Below are positions 40,249 to 52,614 of a DNA stretch of 64,000 nucleotides, in pieces. Source of the stretch: an uncultured Deinococcaceae bacterium (lineage in GTDB: Bacteria; Deinococcota; Deinococci; Deinococcales; Deinococcaceae). Position numbers and translations under genes: made by a program. The stretch is taken from contig CAXULY010000001.1 in the NCBI GenBank assembly GCA_964252075.1, positions 279,787-343,786 of the forward strand. Reading direction: 5' to 3'. Within the stretch, counting starts at the first letter, position 1. The number at the start of each line of letters is the position of its first letter. The notes under the pieces are model-generated. The model was not told the DNA's origin. It saw only the letters and a program-made list of their open reading frames with translations, and did not search any database.

Positions 40249-40992
40249 ATGACGGTGAATGTGGTGGTGACGGGCGCGGCGCGCGGCATTGGGCGCGCCA
40301 TCGCGGAACTCTACGCGGAGCGCGGCGGGCGCGTGCTGTCCGTGGACCTGCTGCCCATCCCGGACCTCGAGGGCGGCTTCGCGGTCACGGCGGACATCGC
40401 GGACGGGCGGGGGCGCGAGACCATCGCGGCGGCAGCGCGCGAGCGGCTGGAGCGGGTGGATGTGCTGGTGCACAACGCCGCGTACCAGGGCGCGACCGGA
40501 GGCGTGCTGGAGGTCACGGAGGACGGCTGGGCGCGCGCGCTCGCGGTGAACCTGAGTGCGCCGCTGCTGCTCACGCAATCGCTCGCGGACCTCATGCCGC
40601 AGGGCAGCGCGGTGGTGAACGTGGCGAGCGTGCAGGGCCTCTTCGCGGAGCAGGGCAACGCCGCGTACAACGCCAGCAAGGGCGGGCTCGTGAACCTCAC
40701 GCGCGCCATGTGCCTGGACCTCGCGCCGCGCGGCATCCGCGCGAACGCCGTGGCGCCCGGCGCGATCGCCACCGAGGAGCTCCTGAAGGGCGTCGCGAAC
40801 ACCAGTGACCCCACCCAGACCCGCCGGGATTACGAGGACCTGCACGCCCTGCGGCGCATCGGGGCGCCGCGTGAGGTGGCGGAAGCGGTGTACTTCCTTG
40901 GGTCGCCCGCCGCGAGCTTCATTGACGGCGTGATCTTGCCCGTGGACGGCGGCATGACGGCGAGCTTCATGATGGCCGGACGGCCTGTGTGA
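40249..40992 (+). CDS. SDR family oxidoreductase
   Basis: [13 protein letters not shown] and VDGG motifs. Confidence 0.9.
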   Translation: MTVNVVVTGAARGIGRAIAELYAERGGRVLSVDLLPIPDLEGGFAVTADIADGRGRETIAAAARERLERVDVLVHNAAYQGATGGVLEVTEDGWARALAVNLSAPLLLTQSLADLMPQGSAVVNVASVQGLFAEQGNAAYNASKGGLVNLTRAMCLDLAPRGIRANAVAPGAIATEELLKGVANTSDPTQTRRDYEDLHALRRIGAPREVAEAVYFLGSPAASFIDGVILPVDGGMTASFMMAGRPV

Positions 40993-41248
40993 GCCAGGAA
41001 CATGAACGAGATGCAACGTGAGGCGACACGTCCGCTTGTTGCGGTACGCGAACTAAGCGCACCATGGGCCTGGGAGCGACCAGACGCGGCTGCAAGGTTT
41101 CATCAGTTGGAGCTGCGCACATCGGCAAGGGCAAGTCTGGGCGCTGAAGTACCCAACCTCAGGCCGTGACCTTCCCCAAAAAACGCGCGCGATCAGGTAA
41201 GTGCGCGGCTCAACACGTGAGGGGAGCAGGCCCTGCGGCCCGCCCCCC

Positions 41249-42097
41249 TCACGGCTCGATGGTGCCCTGTGCCATGGGGTAACTCCCGATGATCTTCGCG
41301 TAACTGGCCTTGCGCAGCACGCCCGCGAGCGCGAGCGCCACCTTCGGGTCCTTTGCGTCGCCCTCCAGGTCGATGTAGATGAGGTAACTCCAGGCGCGGT
41401 CGCGGCGCGGGCGGCTCTCGATCTTCGTGAGGTTCAGGCCGCGCAGCTGGTTGAGGGTCTCCAGCAGGAAGCCGGGCGTGTGCCGCACCGCGAACACCAC
41501 GCTGGTCTTGTGCGGCGCGTCCGACTCGGGCGGCTCGTGGCGCGACAGCACCAGGAAGCGCGTGAAGTTGAAGGGCTCGTCCTCAATCCCTGTGGCGAGC
41601 GTGTCCAGACCGTACAGTTTCGCCGCGCCGACGGGCGCGATGGCGGCCTCGTCGCGCCGGCCGCTCGCCGCGAGGTCCGCTGCAGCGCCCGCCGTGTCGT
41701 ACGCCGCGACGGGCTCCAGGTGGTGCCGCGCGATGAAACCGTCGCACTGCGCGAGTGCCTGCGGGTGGCTGCTCACGCGCCGCAGGTCCTCCAGCCGCAC
41801 GCCGGGCAGCACCATCAGACCGTACCGGATGCGCAGCACGAGTTCCTGCACGATGTGCAGGTCCGTGTCCTGCAGCAGGTCCACGGCCTGCAGGACGGTG
41901 CCCGCGAGGCTGTTCTCGACGGGCAGCACGCCGTACTCCACCTCGCCGGACGCGACCGCCGCGAGCACCTCATGGAATGTTGGGTAGGGTTTCGGGACGG
42001 CGCCCGGCGCGAGGTGACGCGCGGCGATCTCGCTATTCGCGCCCTCCGCGCCCTGGAAGGCCACGGTGACGGTGTGGGTGGTGACGCCCTGGGTCAT
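41249..42097 (-). CDS. pheA: Prephenate dehydratase
   Basis: [19 protein letters not shown] and NLTKIESRP motifs. Confidence 0.92.
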   Translation of the reverse strand: MTQGVTTHTVTVAFQGAEGANSEIAARHLAPGAVPKPYPTFHEVLAAVASGEVEYGVLPVENSLAGTVLQAVDLLQDTDLHIVQELVLRIRYGLMVLPGVRLEDLRRVSSHPQALAQCDGFIARHHLEPVAAYDTAGAAADLAASGRRDEAAIAPVGAAKLYGLDTLATGIEDEPFNFTRFLVLSRHEPPESDAPHKTSVVFAVRHTPGFLLETLNQLRGLNLTKIESRPRRDRAWSYLIYIDLEGDAKDPKVALALAGVLRKASYAKIIGSYPMAQGTIEP

Positions 42098-42168
42098 ATC
42101 CCGCCACGCTACGCCGCCCGGCGCCGCGCAGCAAGGGCGCGGGCCAGACAGCCGTAAGCTGTGGGGGC

Positions 42169-43596
42169 ATGAACGACATCCTGGAACTGGACGCGACCGC
42201 CCTCGCGCACGCCACGCGGTCCGGCGCTCTGACCGCCGCCGCGGTGCTGGAGGCGTACCTGAGCCGCATCGAGGCGCTCAACCCCCGCGTGGACGCGGTG
42301 CTGGAAGTGAACCTGGACGCCCGCGCGGACGCCGCGCGCCTGGACGCCCTGCCCGCGGAGCAGCGCGGTCCCCTGCACGGCGTGCCAGTGCTCCTCAAGG
42401 ACAACATCGACACGCTCGGTCCGCTGCACACCAGCGCGGGCAGCGCGCTCCTCGCGCAGCATGTGGCCGCCGCCGACGCGCCCCTCGCGGCGCGCCTGCG
42501 CGCAGCAGGCGCCCTCATCCTCGGCAAGGCGAACATGACGGAGTGGGCGAACTTCATGACGCTCGGCATGCCGAACGGGTACTCCTCGCGCGGCGGGCAG
42601 GTCGTGAACCCCTGGCGCGCCGGGCACGACACCGGTGGCAGCTCCAGCGGCTCCGGCGCCGCCGTCGCCGCGCGCCTCGCGCCCATCGCCATCGGCACGG
42701 AAACGAGTGGCAGCATCCTCTCCCCCAGCCACCAGCACGGCCTCGTGGGCCTCAAACCCACCGTGGGACTCATTCCGCGTACGGGTGTCATTCCCATCTC
42801 GCACAGTCAGGACACCGCCGGACCGATGGCGCGCACCGCGCGCGACGCCGCGCTCCTCGCGCACATCATGCAGGGCCCAGATGGACAGGACGCCGCCACG
42901 CAAGACGCCCCCACCCTGGATTTCCTCGCCGAGATGCGGGACGACGCACTGCGCGGCGCGCGCATCGGCGTGGCGCGCACCGGGTACTGGGATCACCTGA
43001 GTGACGCGGAACGCACCACACTGAACGCCAGCCTGGACGCCCTGCGCGCCTCAGGCGCAGAGGTCATTGACCCCGCCGACGTGGACACCCAGCAGGACCT
43101 CGCTGGATGGCTGCTGGAAGTCCTGAGTTACGAATTCAAGACGGACCTCAACGCGTACCTCGCGAACGTGCAGCACGGCCCCCACAGCCTGCGCGACGTG
43201 ATTGACGGCAACGACGCCGACCCGGACACGCGCCTGCGCTACGGGCAGACACTGCTGCTCGCCAGCGAAGCCACGCGCGGCGACCTCAGCGAACCCGCGT
43301 ACGCCCGCGCCCGCACCCGCGACCTCGACCTCGCCCGCACGCGCGGCCTCGACACCACCTTCTCAAGGCATCAGCTGGACGCCCTGGTCTTCCCCAAGTA
43401 CTACGGCGCCGCCATCGGCGCGAAAGCCGGCTACCCCAGCGTGAACGTCCCCGTCGGCCTCGCGGATGGCGTGCCCCTGGGTGCGCAACTGTGCGGCCCC
43501 GCCTGGAGTGACGCAAAACTCCTGTCCTTCGCGCACGCATGGACCGCTGCCCTCGGTCCCTGGCAGGCCGCGCCGGAGGGGGACGCTGCACCTTGA
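42169..43596 (+). CDS. Amidase signature family protein
   Basis: LKDNI, GGSSSGS and GTETSGSI motifs. Confidence 0.9.
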   Translation: MNDILELDATALAHATRSGALTAAAVLEAYLSRIEALNPRVDAVLEVNLDARADAARLDALPAEQRGPLHGVPVLLKDNIDTLGPLHTSAGSALLAQHVAAADAPLAARLRAAGALILGKANMTEWANFMTLGMPNGYSSRGGQVVNPWRAGHDTGGSSSGSGAAVAARLAPIAIGTETSGSILSPSHQHGLVGLKPTVGLIPRTGVIPISHSQDTAGPMARTARDAALLAHIMQGPDGQDAATQDAPTLDFLAEMRDDALRGARIGVARTGYWDHLSDAERTTLNASLDALRASGAEVIDPADVDTQQDLAGWLLEVLSYEFKTDLNAYLANVQHGPHSLRDVIDGNDADPDTRLRYGQTLLLASEATRGDLSEPAYARARTRDLDLARTRGLDTTFSRHQLDALVFPKYYGAAIGAKAGYPSVNVPVGLADGVPLGAQLCGPAWSDAKLLSFAHAWTAALGPWQAAPEGDAAP

Positions 43597-43635
43597 CCGC
43601 ACCCGAGCCCTCCCCTAGCATGGGTGGGCTCACAC

Positions 43636-43711
<76 letters not shown>

Positions 43712-43715
43712 GCCA

Positions 43716-43741
43716 GCACCCCGTCAAGGACGGGGTGCTTT
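43716..43741 (+). terminator. tRNA terminator
   Basis: gcaccccgtc-aag-gacggggtgc followed by ttt. Confidence 0.75.
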
Positions 43742-44204
43742 ACTTGGTTCCCGGATATCACGGAGAACTGTGTGTTAACGAGGATGTGCGCACCAGTAAT
43801 GAGCCAGCGGGCACGAGTCTTCCCCATAGAACTAGACTGTTCCGCGCCGTCTCCTCCTCCGCCTGGATGTCCTTCTGGCGAAACGCTTGAATATCCTGTG
43901 ATCAGCAGCGGCAGCAATGGTGTTCAAGGCTTTCGATCGGTCTTGCCGTGTGGTGTGGGGATTTCCAGGCAAGTCAGGGTCAATCAGGGTGTTGGCCCAC
44001 GGGTGTAGTGATTCCAAGTGTTTGCATCAGGCGGGAAGCAGGTGGAGAGGTGAATCGCTTGCCGCATCTGTGTCTGCACTGGCTGGGCATGGAGGGGAAG
44101 CCCGTCCGACTCGGGAGGCTCGACGAATGGGCGCACTCACTGTTCCATTCGATGACTGTCACCTGCGGTGCGCGGTGCGATTCTGGCTCCGGTATGTTGG
44201 CGGG

Positions 44205-44597
44205 ATGAGCCCTCCCGTCACCTACTCCATCAGCGCCAATGCGGTTGATCGGTCTCTCCAGCGGGCCATACTTGACGTGTGCGCCGCGCATGGCGTTCCG
44301 GCTGACCTGCGGTTCGGGACGGGCACGCAGTACCCCAGGGGCGGCCGGCCGACAGCCGTGTCGTACTTCTTCCTGCATATTCCCGCGGAAGTGGGCGAGG
44401 AGGTGGTGCGGTTGGTCGCGCGGGATGTGAGCGCGCTCATTCCGGAGCGGACGGTGAATGTCGGGCCGCCCGTGCCTTCGGTGGGGGTTCTGGAGGAGGA
44501 CCGCAGCGTGCAGGAGTGGTTCCCCGCCGTGCGCGTGGGGAGTGGGTGCCTGGCGAGTTTCCGGGCGGGTGACCTGCTGCCGGAGGGCGCGTCGTGA
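44205..44597 (+). CDS. Hypothetical protein
   Basis: TATGTT-N6-ATG start; GTGA overlap with the next gene. Confidence 0.5.
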   Translation: MSPPVTYSISANAVDRSLQRAILDVCAAHGVPADLRFGTGTQYPRGGRPTAVSYFFLHIPAEVGEEVVRLVARDVSALIPERTVNVGPPVPSVGVLEEDRSVQEWFPAVRVGSGCLASFRAGDLLPEGAS

Positions 44598-45148
44598 CGG
44601 GCGGTGAGTACGGCCAGCTGATCGAGCAGAACGCGCAGATCAACGCGCTCCTGAAGCAGCAGGCGGAGGAGAGCCTCACGACGCTGCACCGTCCGATTGA
44701 GCAGGTGGGGGTGCTGCTTGCGCGGCCGGTGTTCATTGTTTCGGCCCTCGCGCTGTTCGGGGCGTGGATCGTGCTGAACCTGGATCTGGCGTGGCAGACG
44801 CACCGGCCGTGGGACGCGCCGCCGTTCTTCTGGCTGCAGGGCATCGTGGGTCTGCTGAGTTTGTTCTTCACGGCGACGGTGCTGGTGTCGCAGGCGCGGC
44901 AGGGGCAGATTTCCGAGCAGCGTTCGCAGCTGCAGCTGCAGCTGATCCTGCTGACTGAGCAGCGCAGCGCGAAGATGATTGCGCTGCTGGAGGAGTTGCG
45001 GCGGGACATGCCGGACGTGCATGACCGCCCGGATGTGGAGGCCGCGACGATGCAGCGCGCGAGTGAGCCGCAGGTGATTCTGGAGGCGCTCTCGACCCTG
45101 GAGGAGGGTGGGCCGACGAGCCTGCCCGAGCCCAGGGAGGATGGGTGA
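44594..45148 (+). CDS. DUF1003-like membrane protein
   Basis: WIVLN..WDAPPFFWL...VLVSQARQ pattern. Confidence 0.75.
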   Translation: MTGGEYGQLIEQNAQINALLKQQAEESLTTLHRPIEQVGVLLARPVFIVSALALFGAWIVLNLDLAWQTHRPWDAPPFFWLQGIVGLLSLFFTATVLVSQARQGQISEQRSQLQLQLILLTEQRSAKMIALLEELRRDMPDVHDRPDVEAATMQRASEPQVILEALSTLEEGGPTSLPEPREDG

Positions 45149-45265
45149 GGTGAGGGCGGTTCACGTGGTGGCGTGGACGCGGGATACTGCCGTCATGGTC
45201 GTGCCCGCCTTCGTTGTGCCTGCCCCTGCTGATCGCGCCTCCGTTCGATTCTTGAGCCGGGCGCT

Positions 45266-46510
45266 GTGAGTTCCGTTCGGCCCTGGCGGCCGTGGCCGTC
45301 GCTGGCTGGGCTGCCCAGAAACGCCGCGAACGCCATCCGCATGGAGCCCCTGTGGGGCGTCTTCGGGACGGTGGTGACGTATTACGCGCCGCTGTACATG
45401 CGGGAAGTGGGCCTGAGCAGCGCGCAGGTGGGCTGGCTGGGGTCCATCACGCTGGCTTTCTCTTTCGTATTTCAGCTGCTGGCGGCGCCCATCACGAACC
45501 GTGTGGGGCGGCGCCGCACCACCCTGTTCGGGGACCTGATCTCGTGGACGGTGCCGATGTTCGTGTGGGCCGTCTCGAACAGCTTCACGTCCTTCCTGAT
45601 CGCGGCGGTCCTGAGTGCCAGTGGGCGCATCGTGGCGGTGTCGTGGAGCCTCCTCGTCATTGAGGATGTGGAGGAGGGCCAGCGCGCGCGGGTGTTCGGC
45701 ATCCTGAACCTCATCATCGCGACGTGCGGTCTGCTCGCGCCGCTGGTGGGCGTCGTGATGAAGCAGTACGGGGTGGAGCCTACCTTGCGCGCGTACTACG
45801 CGCTGGGCGGGGTGGGCATGACGGTGATGTTCCTGTGGCGCAACGCCCTCACGCAGGAGACGGCGCGCGGGGAGGCCGCCATGCTGGAGCACCGGGACCT
45901 GCACCCGTGGCAGAGCCTCACGCACACGCTGGCGCAGGTGACGCAGCTGCACCGCCACCCGGGCCTGCCGGGCGTCATGGCGTTTTATGTGCTGAGCGTG
46001 TTCCTGGAGCAGCTGGGCCTGTTCCAGATTCTGTTCTTCGGGGAGACGCTGCACTTCAGCGCGGCGGCGCTGTCCTCAGTGCCGGTGGCGGGCGCGCTGG
46101 TCGCCATGCTGATGTACGGCCTGGTGCTGCGCCGCCTGGGAGGCGTGCCCGCCGAGCGGACGCTCGTGATTTCGCGCGTGCTGGGTCTGGTGGGGGCGGC
46201 GCTGGTGCTGGTCATTCCGGCGGGGAACGTGCCGGTCCTGATGCTGGTGGCGAGCGTGCTGGCCGCCGCGACCTTCCTGACGCAGACGTACCGGGACGCC
46301 GTGCTGTTCGCGCGGTTGCCCGCGCGGGGCGGGGCGGATCTGTACTCGGCGGCGCAGACCCTGAGCCTGCTGGCGTCGGTGCCGGCGGGCGCGCTGGGCG
46401 GCGCGGTCTTTCACGTGCAGCCGCGCGCGCTGTTCGTGCTGATCGCGCTGCTGAACGTGGGTCTGCTGGTGCTCGCGGCGCTGCTGGCGCGGCCGCGCGC
46501 CGGGCGCTGA
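45266..46510 (+). CDS. MFS transporter
   Basis: About 12 hydrophobic segments; ITNRVGRRRT motif A. Confidence 0.85.
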   Translation: MSSVRPWRPWPSLAGLPRNAANAIRMEPLWGVFGTVVTYYAPLYMREVGLSSAQVGWLGSITLAFSFVFQLLAAPITNRVGRRRTTLFGDLISWTVPMFVWAVSNSFTSFLIAAVLSASGRIVAVSWSLLVIEDVEEGQRARVFGILNLIIATCGLLAPLVGVVMKQYGVEPTLRAYYALGGVGMTVMFLWRNALTQETARGEAAMLEHRDLHPWQSLTHTLAQVTQLHRHPGLPGVMAFYVLSVFLEQLGLFQILFFGETLHFSAAALSSVPVAGALVAMLMYGLVLRRLGGVPAERTLVISRVLGLVGAALVLVIPAGNVPVLMLVASVLAAATFLTQTYRDAVLFARLPARGGADLYSAAQTLSLLASVPAGALGGAVFHVQPRALFVLIALLNVGLLVLAALLARPRAGR

Positions 46511-46511
46511 T

Positions 46512-46718
46512 TCAGCTGCTGCTGCGGTCCCGGGGGACGCGGTTGCCGGGCCGGGTGAGGCGCCAGATGGTCACGGCGTTCACGACCGCCATGACGGCGC
46601 ACACGGCGGTGATGACCCAGTTGCCCAGCGTGGCGGTGCGGACGCCGACCACCACCCACAGCACGATCAGCACGCCGGAGATCCAGAGGCGCAGGGTGCG
46701 GGCGCGGGCGTCGGTCAT
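46512..46718 (-). CDS. Small two-TM membrane protein
   Basis: 68 aa with two hydrophobic helices. Confidence 0.55.
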   Translation of the reverse strand: MTDARARTLRLWISGVLIVLWVVVGVRTATLGNWVITAVCAVMAVVNAVTIWRLTRPGNRVPRDRSSS

Positions 46719-46809
46719 GACTGCATGATGGCGCGCGAACGCAGGACAAATGGCATCAAAGTCGTATTTGCTTTAAGGCTTTTGCGGCTTTAAACTAGGA
46801 ACGATTCTT

Positions 46810-47265
46810 ATGTGGGTATCGACGAAGGCACAGTACGGACTGCGGGCGCTCATCGAGATCGGCAAGCGGCCAGGCGACGCTGTGCCGCTCAAGGACGTCG
46901 CCCAGCAGCAGGACATCAGCCAGCATTACCTGGAGCAGATCGCCAGCAACCTGCGCCGCGCGGGGTTCATCCGCAGCGTGCGCGGCGCGCACGGCGGGTA
47001 CCGACTCTCTCGCCCGCCCGAGCAGATCAACGCGTGGGACGTCGTGGTGGCGATGGAGGGCAGCCTCGCGCCGGTGAGCTGCCTGGAGGACGAGGCCGCA
47101 TGCACGCGCGCGGGCAGTTGCGCCACGGAGGGCCTGTGGCGTCGGGTAGAGGACGCGGTGCGCGGCGTGTTGTCCGCCACGAGCCTCGCGGACCTCATCC
47201 GTGAGAACATCACCATCGAGCACGGGCAGCTGGTGCAGCTGGAGGCCGCGCCCGCCCTGAATTGA
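46810..47265 (+). CDS. Rrf2 family regulator (IscR-like, three Cys)
   Basis: YGLRAL, YLEQI, SVRGAHGGY and C-x6-C-x5-C (SCLEDEAACTRAGSC). Confidence 0.9.
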   Translation: MWVSTKAQYGLRALIEIGKRPGDAVPLKDVAQQQDISQHYLEQIASNLRRAGFIRSVRGAHGGYRLSRPPEQINAWDVVVAMEGSLAPVSCLEDEAACTRAGSCATEGLWRRVEDAVRGVLSATSLADLIRENITIEHGQLVQLEAAPALN

Positions 47266-47323
47266 GGGAAGTGTGTGGGGCGGGCGGGCCGAGTGGTCCG
47301 CCCGCTTCGCTATGCTGCCTGTG

Positions 47324-48406
47324 ATGCTGTACGAGCAAGTCGTGAAGCCGCTGCTGTTCCGCCTGGACGCGGAGGACGCGCACCACCTCACCCTGCGCGG
47401 CCTGAGGGTGGCCGGGCGGGTGCCCCTGCTGCCCCACGCCGCTGGGCTGATGGGCGCCCGTCACGCCAGCCTGGAGCTGGATCTCCTCGGGCGGCGCTTC
47501 CTGAACCCGCTGGGCCTCGCGGCGGGCCTCGACAAGAACGCGGACGCCGTGCCCATGTTCGGCGCGTTCGGCTTCGGGTTCCTGGAGGTGGGGACGGTCA
47601 CGCCGCGCCCGCAGCCCGGCAACCCCCGCCCGCGTCTGTTCCGGCTGCCGAGCGACACGGCGCTCATCAACCGCATGGGCTTCAACAATTTGGGCGCGGA
47701 GGTCGTGGCGGCTCGCCTCGCCGCGCGACCCGCGAGCCCGGTTCAAGTCTGGGCGAACATCGGGAAGAACAAGGACACCCCGAACGAGAACGCGGCGGAC
47801 GATTACCGCGCGTGCGTGCGCGCCCTGCAACCATCCGCGGACGCGTTCGTGGTGAACGTGTCCAGCCCGAACACGCCGGGCCTGCGCGCCCTACAGGCGG
47901 GCGAGGACCTGCGCGCGCTGCTGGGTGAGGTGCTGGCCGAGGTGGAGGCGCAGCGCGTGCGCCTCGTGCGGCCCGCGCCGCCCGTGCTCGTGAAGATCGC
48001 GCCGGACCTGAGCCCCGAGGACCACGAGCTGAGCGTGCAGGCGGCGGTGGAGGCGGGCGTGCAGGGCCTCGTGGTGAGCAACACCACCCTCAGCCGCGAG
48101 GGCCTCACGCACGCGCACCGGGGGGAGGCCGGGGGCCTGAGCGGCCTGCCGCTGCAGGCGCGCAGCACCGCGATGGTGCGCGCGACGCGACGACTTACCA
48201 CCCTGCCCATCGTGGGGGTGGGGGGCGTGTTCACCGCGGAGGATGCGTACGAGAAGATCCGGGCGGGCGCGAACCTCGTGGAGGTGTACACCGCGCTGAT
48301 CTACAAGGGGCCGCTGCTGGTCCGGGAGATCAACATGGGCCTCGCGCGCCTGCTCGCGCGCGATGGGTTCCGAAACGTGGCGGAAGCGGTCGGCACGGAC
48401 GCGTAA
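47324..48406 (+). CDS. pyrD: Quinone-dependent dihydroorotate dehydrogenase
   Basis: NPLGLAAGLDK, INRMGFNN, NVSSPNT, KIAPDL and GGLSG motifs. Confidence 0.95.
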   Translation: MLYEQVVKPLLFRLDAEDAHHLTLRGLRVAGRVPLLPHAAGLMGARHASLELDLLGRRFLNPLGLAAGLDKNADAVPMFGAFGFGFLEVGTVTPRPQPGNPRPRLFRLPSDTALINRMGFNNLGAEVVAARLAARPASPVQVWANIGKNKDTPNENAADDYRACVRALQPSADAFVVNVSSPNTPGLRALQAGEDLRALLGEVLAEVEAQRVRLVRPAPPVLVKIAPDLSPEDHELSVQAAVEAGVQGLVVSNTTLSREGLTHAHRGEAGGLSGLPLQARSTAMVRATRRLTTLPIVGVGGVFTAEDAYEKIRAGANLVEVYTALIYKGPLLVREINMGLARLLARDGFRNVAEAVGTDA

Positions 48407-48456
48407 GCGAGGGGAGGGGCAGCCGGACTGGCCGCCCCTCCCCTTTTTCCTTGCCT

Positions 48457-49713
48457 TCAGTCGCGCTGGTACGCGACGCGCCCGCCCACGAGGGTCAGCA
48501 CGGGCCAGCCCTTCAGGGTCTCCCCCGCCCACGGGCTGAACTTCGCCTTGCTCCTGAAGGTCGCGGGCTGCACCTCGCGGCCCGTCTCCAGATCCAGCAC
48601 GGTGAGGTCGGCGGGCCGCCCGGCCTCCAGGCTGGGGGCGTCCCAGCCCATCACGCGGGCGGGGCCGACCGTGAGCAGGTCCACGAGCTTCTGCAGGCCG
48701 AGCGCCTCCCCGAAGTGCGTCCACATGAGCGGGAACGCCACTTCGATGCTGGGGATGCCGAAGGGCGCGTCCATGAGGTCGCGTTCCTTCTCCGCCTGCG
48801 TGTGCGGCGCGTGGTCGGTGGCGAGGCAGTCCACGGTGCCGTCCTTCAGGCCCGCGAGGAGCGCGTCGGCGTCCGCCTGCGTGCGGAGGGGCGGCGCGAC
48901 CTTGTAGATCGCGTCGAAGGAGCGCAGGGCCTCGTCCGTGAGGGTCAGGTGGTGCGGGCACACCTCGCACGTCACGGGCACCCCGCGCTGCTTGGCACCG
49001 CGCACCAGCGCGAGCGCGCGCGCGGTGGAGAGGTGCTGCACGTGAAGGCGCGCGCCCGTGAGCGCCGCGATCTCGATGTCGCGCGCCACGCGCGCCGCCT
49101 CCGCCGCCCAGGGGTTGCCCGGCAGGCCGAGCGCCTCGCTGACCGCGCCCTCGTGCATAACGCCCCCGGCGCGCAGGGTGGCGTCCTCGGCGTGCACGGA
49201 CACGATCATGCCGAGGCTCTGCGCGGACTCCAGGCCGAGGCGCAGCACGCGCGCGTCCTCGTTCGTGCGCCCGTCGTCCGTGAACATCGCGGCGCCCGCC
49301 TCGCGCAGCAGGGTGAGTTCCGCGAGTTCCTGCCCGGCCTGCCCTTTCGTGAGGGCGGCGGCAGGGCGCAGGCGCGCGAAGCCCAGGCCCTCGGCCTTCT
49401 CGATGAGGGCGCGCACGAGGGCGGGGTCGTCCACGACGGGCGAGGTGTTCGGCATGCTCACGACAGTGCCGTACCCTCCGGCGGCGGCGGCGGCGAGGCC
49501 GGAGGTGAGGTCTTCCTTCTCCTCCTGGCCGGGCTCGCGCAAGTGCGCGTGCAACTCCAGGAAGGCGGGCACGACGGTGCCGCCCCGCCCGTCGAGGGTC
49601 TGGTCGGCGGTGCGGTCGAGGTTCCAGCCGACGATGCGCCCATCCTCGATGAAGAGGGTCTCGGTGGTGCTGCCGCCGTGGCGCTTGATGTTGGTGAGTT
49701 GGATGGTGGTCAT
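48457..49713 (-). CDS. pyrC: Dihydroorotase
   Basis: [19 protein letters not shown] and ATDHAPH motifs; follows pyrB. Confidence 0.93.
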   Translation of the reverse strand: MTTIQLTNIKRHGGSTTETLFIEDGRIVGWNLDRTADQTLDGRGGTVVPAFLELHAHLREPGQEEKEDLTSGLAAAAAGGYGTVVSMPNTSPVVDDPALVRALIEKAEGLGFARLRPAAALTKGQAGQELAELTLLREAGAAMFTDDGRTNEDARVLRLGLESAQSLGMIVSVHAEDATLRAGGVMHEGAVSEALGLPGNPWAAEAARVARDIEIAALTGARLHVQHLSTARALALVRGAKQRGVPVTCEVCPHHLTLTDEALRSFDAIYKVAPPLRTQADADALLAGLKDGTVDCLATDHAPHTQAEKERDLMDAPFGIPSIEVAFPLMWTHFGEALGLQKLVDLLTVGPARVMGWDAPSLEAGRPADLTVLDLETGREVQPATFRSKAKFSPWAGETLKGWPVLTLVGGRVAYQRD

Positions 49714-49721
49714 GGTGCTCC

Positions 49722-51385
<1,664 letters not shown>

Positions 51386-51410
51386 TCATCGACGCTCAAA
51401 GCTCAGTTAA

Positions 51411-51431
51411 CTTGACAACTTAGCACTCAGG
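51411..51431 (+). promoter_or_regulatory. HAIR-like (HspR) operator overlapping the hsp20 -35
   Basis: CTTGACA-N7-ACTCAGG versus the HAIR consensus CTTGAGT-N7-ACTCAAG. Confidence 0.6.
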
Positions 51432-51464
51432 TTTTAACATGGCTGTGTAAGAGGTGATCTGAAC

Positions 51465-51908
51465 ATGATGCGATTTGATCCGTTTCGTGAAATCGAGGAA
51501 CTGAGCCAGCGCGTGGACCGCATGTTCAACCAGGGCGGCAACAGCCCCGCCCGTTTCGCGCCCACCGTGGACGTGCACGAGGACGACCGGGGCCTGGAGA
51601 TCGGCCTGGACCTGCCCGGCGTGAAGGCCGAGGACATCAGTGTCGAGGCGGAGAACAACACCCTGACCGTGCAGGCCGAGCGCAAGTACGAGCGCCAGGA
51701 AGGCCGCACCGCGCACCGCGTGGAGCGCGCCTACGGGCAGTTCGTGCGCAGCTTCAGCGTGCCCGCCAAGTACGACCTCGGCAAGATCCAGGCGAACTTC
51801 GACAACGGCGCCCTGACCATCGTCATTCCGCGCAGTGAGTCCGCGCAGAAGCGCAGCATCACCGTGAACAGCGGCCGCACCCTGGAGAACAAGCCCAGCG
51901 AGGCCTGA
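51465..51908 (+). CDS. Hsp20/alpha-crystallin small heat-shock protein
   Basis: FDPFRE, DLPGV, ERAYGQFVRSF and ANFDNGALTI motifs. Confidence 0.93.
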   Translation: MMRFDPFREIEELSQRVDRMFNQGGNSPARFAPTVDVHEDDRGLEIGLDLPGVKAEDISVEAENNTLTVQAERKYERQEGRTAHRVERAYGQFVRSFSVPAKYDLGKIQANFDNGALTIVIPRSESAQKRSITVNSGRTLENKPSEA

Positions 51909-51912
51909 ATCC

Positions 51913-51962
51913 ACTGGCATAAAGGAAGCCGCCCAAAACAGGGCGGCTTCCTTTATGCCAGT
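51913..51962. terminator. 22-bp perfect inverted repeat, probable bidirectional terminator
   Basis: actggcataaaggaagccgccc-aaaaca-gggcggcttcctttatgccagt. Confidence 0.75.
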
Positions 51963-52579
51963 TCGCGCGCGAGCGCCTGCATGTCCTCCCACGCCGCCTG
52001 CGCGCTCGCGCCGGGCAGGTCGCGCACCAGCGTGCCCGCCTCCGCCGCGCGGGTGTACGGCGCGTACGCTCGCACGAGGGTGTTGCACACCGTGAGGCCC
52101 GCCTCGCGCAGGTCCTCGCGGGCCTCCTCGCCCGCGCGGCCCACGGGCGGCACGCGCGTGAGCACCGCGCGCGTGTGCCGCGCGGCGCCCGCTTCTTCAC
52201 AGAGGTACTCCACCGCCGCGAGTGTCGCCTCCAGTTCCAGCGCGCTCACGCCGCTCGGCACCAGGACGAGGTCCGCCTCGTCCGCGATGCGGCGCAGCTC
52301 CTTGCGTTTCGGGCGGCCCTCGGTGTCCATCACCACGAAATCCGAGCGCTCCACGCGGCTCTTCTTCACGTCCTCGGCGGCCTGCACCGCGAAGCCCAGC
52401 GGGGGGCTGCCGTTGCGCTCGCCGCGCGCCGCCCAGCGCGCGCACGACCCGATGCGGCCGTCCTCGTCGATCAGCAGGACGCTGGCGTCCAGGGCCGCGA
52501 GGGCCCCCGCGAGGTGCATGGCGAGTGTGCTCTTGCCCACGCCGCCCTTGTCCGACGTGACCGCGATCAGCCGAGGCAT
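51953..52579 (-). CDS. Short ParA/ParF-type ATPase
   Basis: Deviant Walker A KGGVGKST and VVMDT; TACGCT-N6-ATG start. Confidence 0.85.
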   Translation of the reverse strand: MPRLIAVTSDKGGVGKSTLAMHLAGALAALDASVLLIDEDGRIGSCARWAARGERNGSPPLGFAVQAAEDVKKSRVERSDFVVMDTEGRPKRKELRRIADEADLVLVPSGVSALELEATLAAVEYLCEEAGAARHTRAVLTRVPPVGRAGEEAREDLREAGLTVCNTLVRAYAPYTRAAEAGTLVRDLPGASAQAAWEDMQALARELA

Positions 52580-52614
52580 GCGCTGAGCGTAGCGTAGATT
52601 GGTCAGGGTCAAGC

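Noticed and set aside
51420..51446. CIRCE element before hsp20
   Set aside because: Only the left arm TTAGCACTC is present; there is no GAGTGCTAA after 9 nt.
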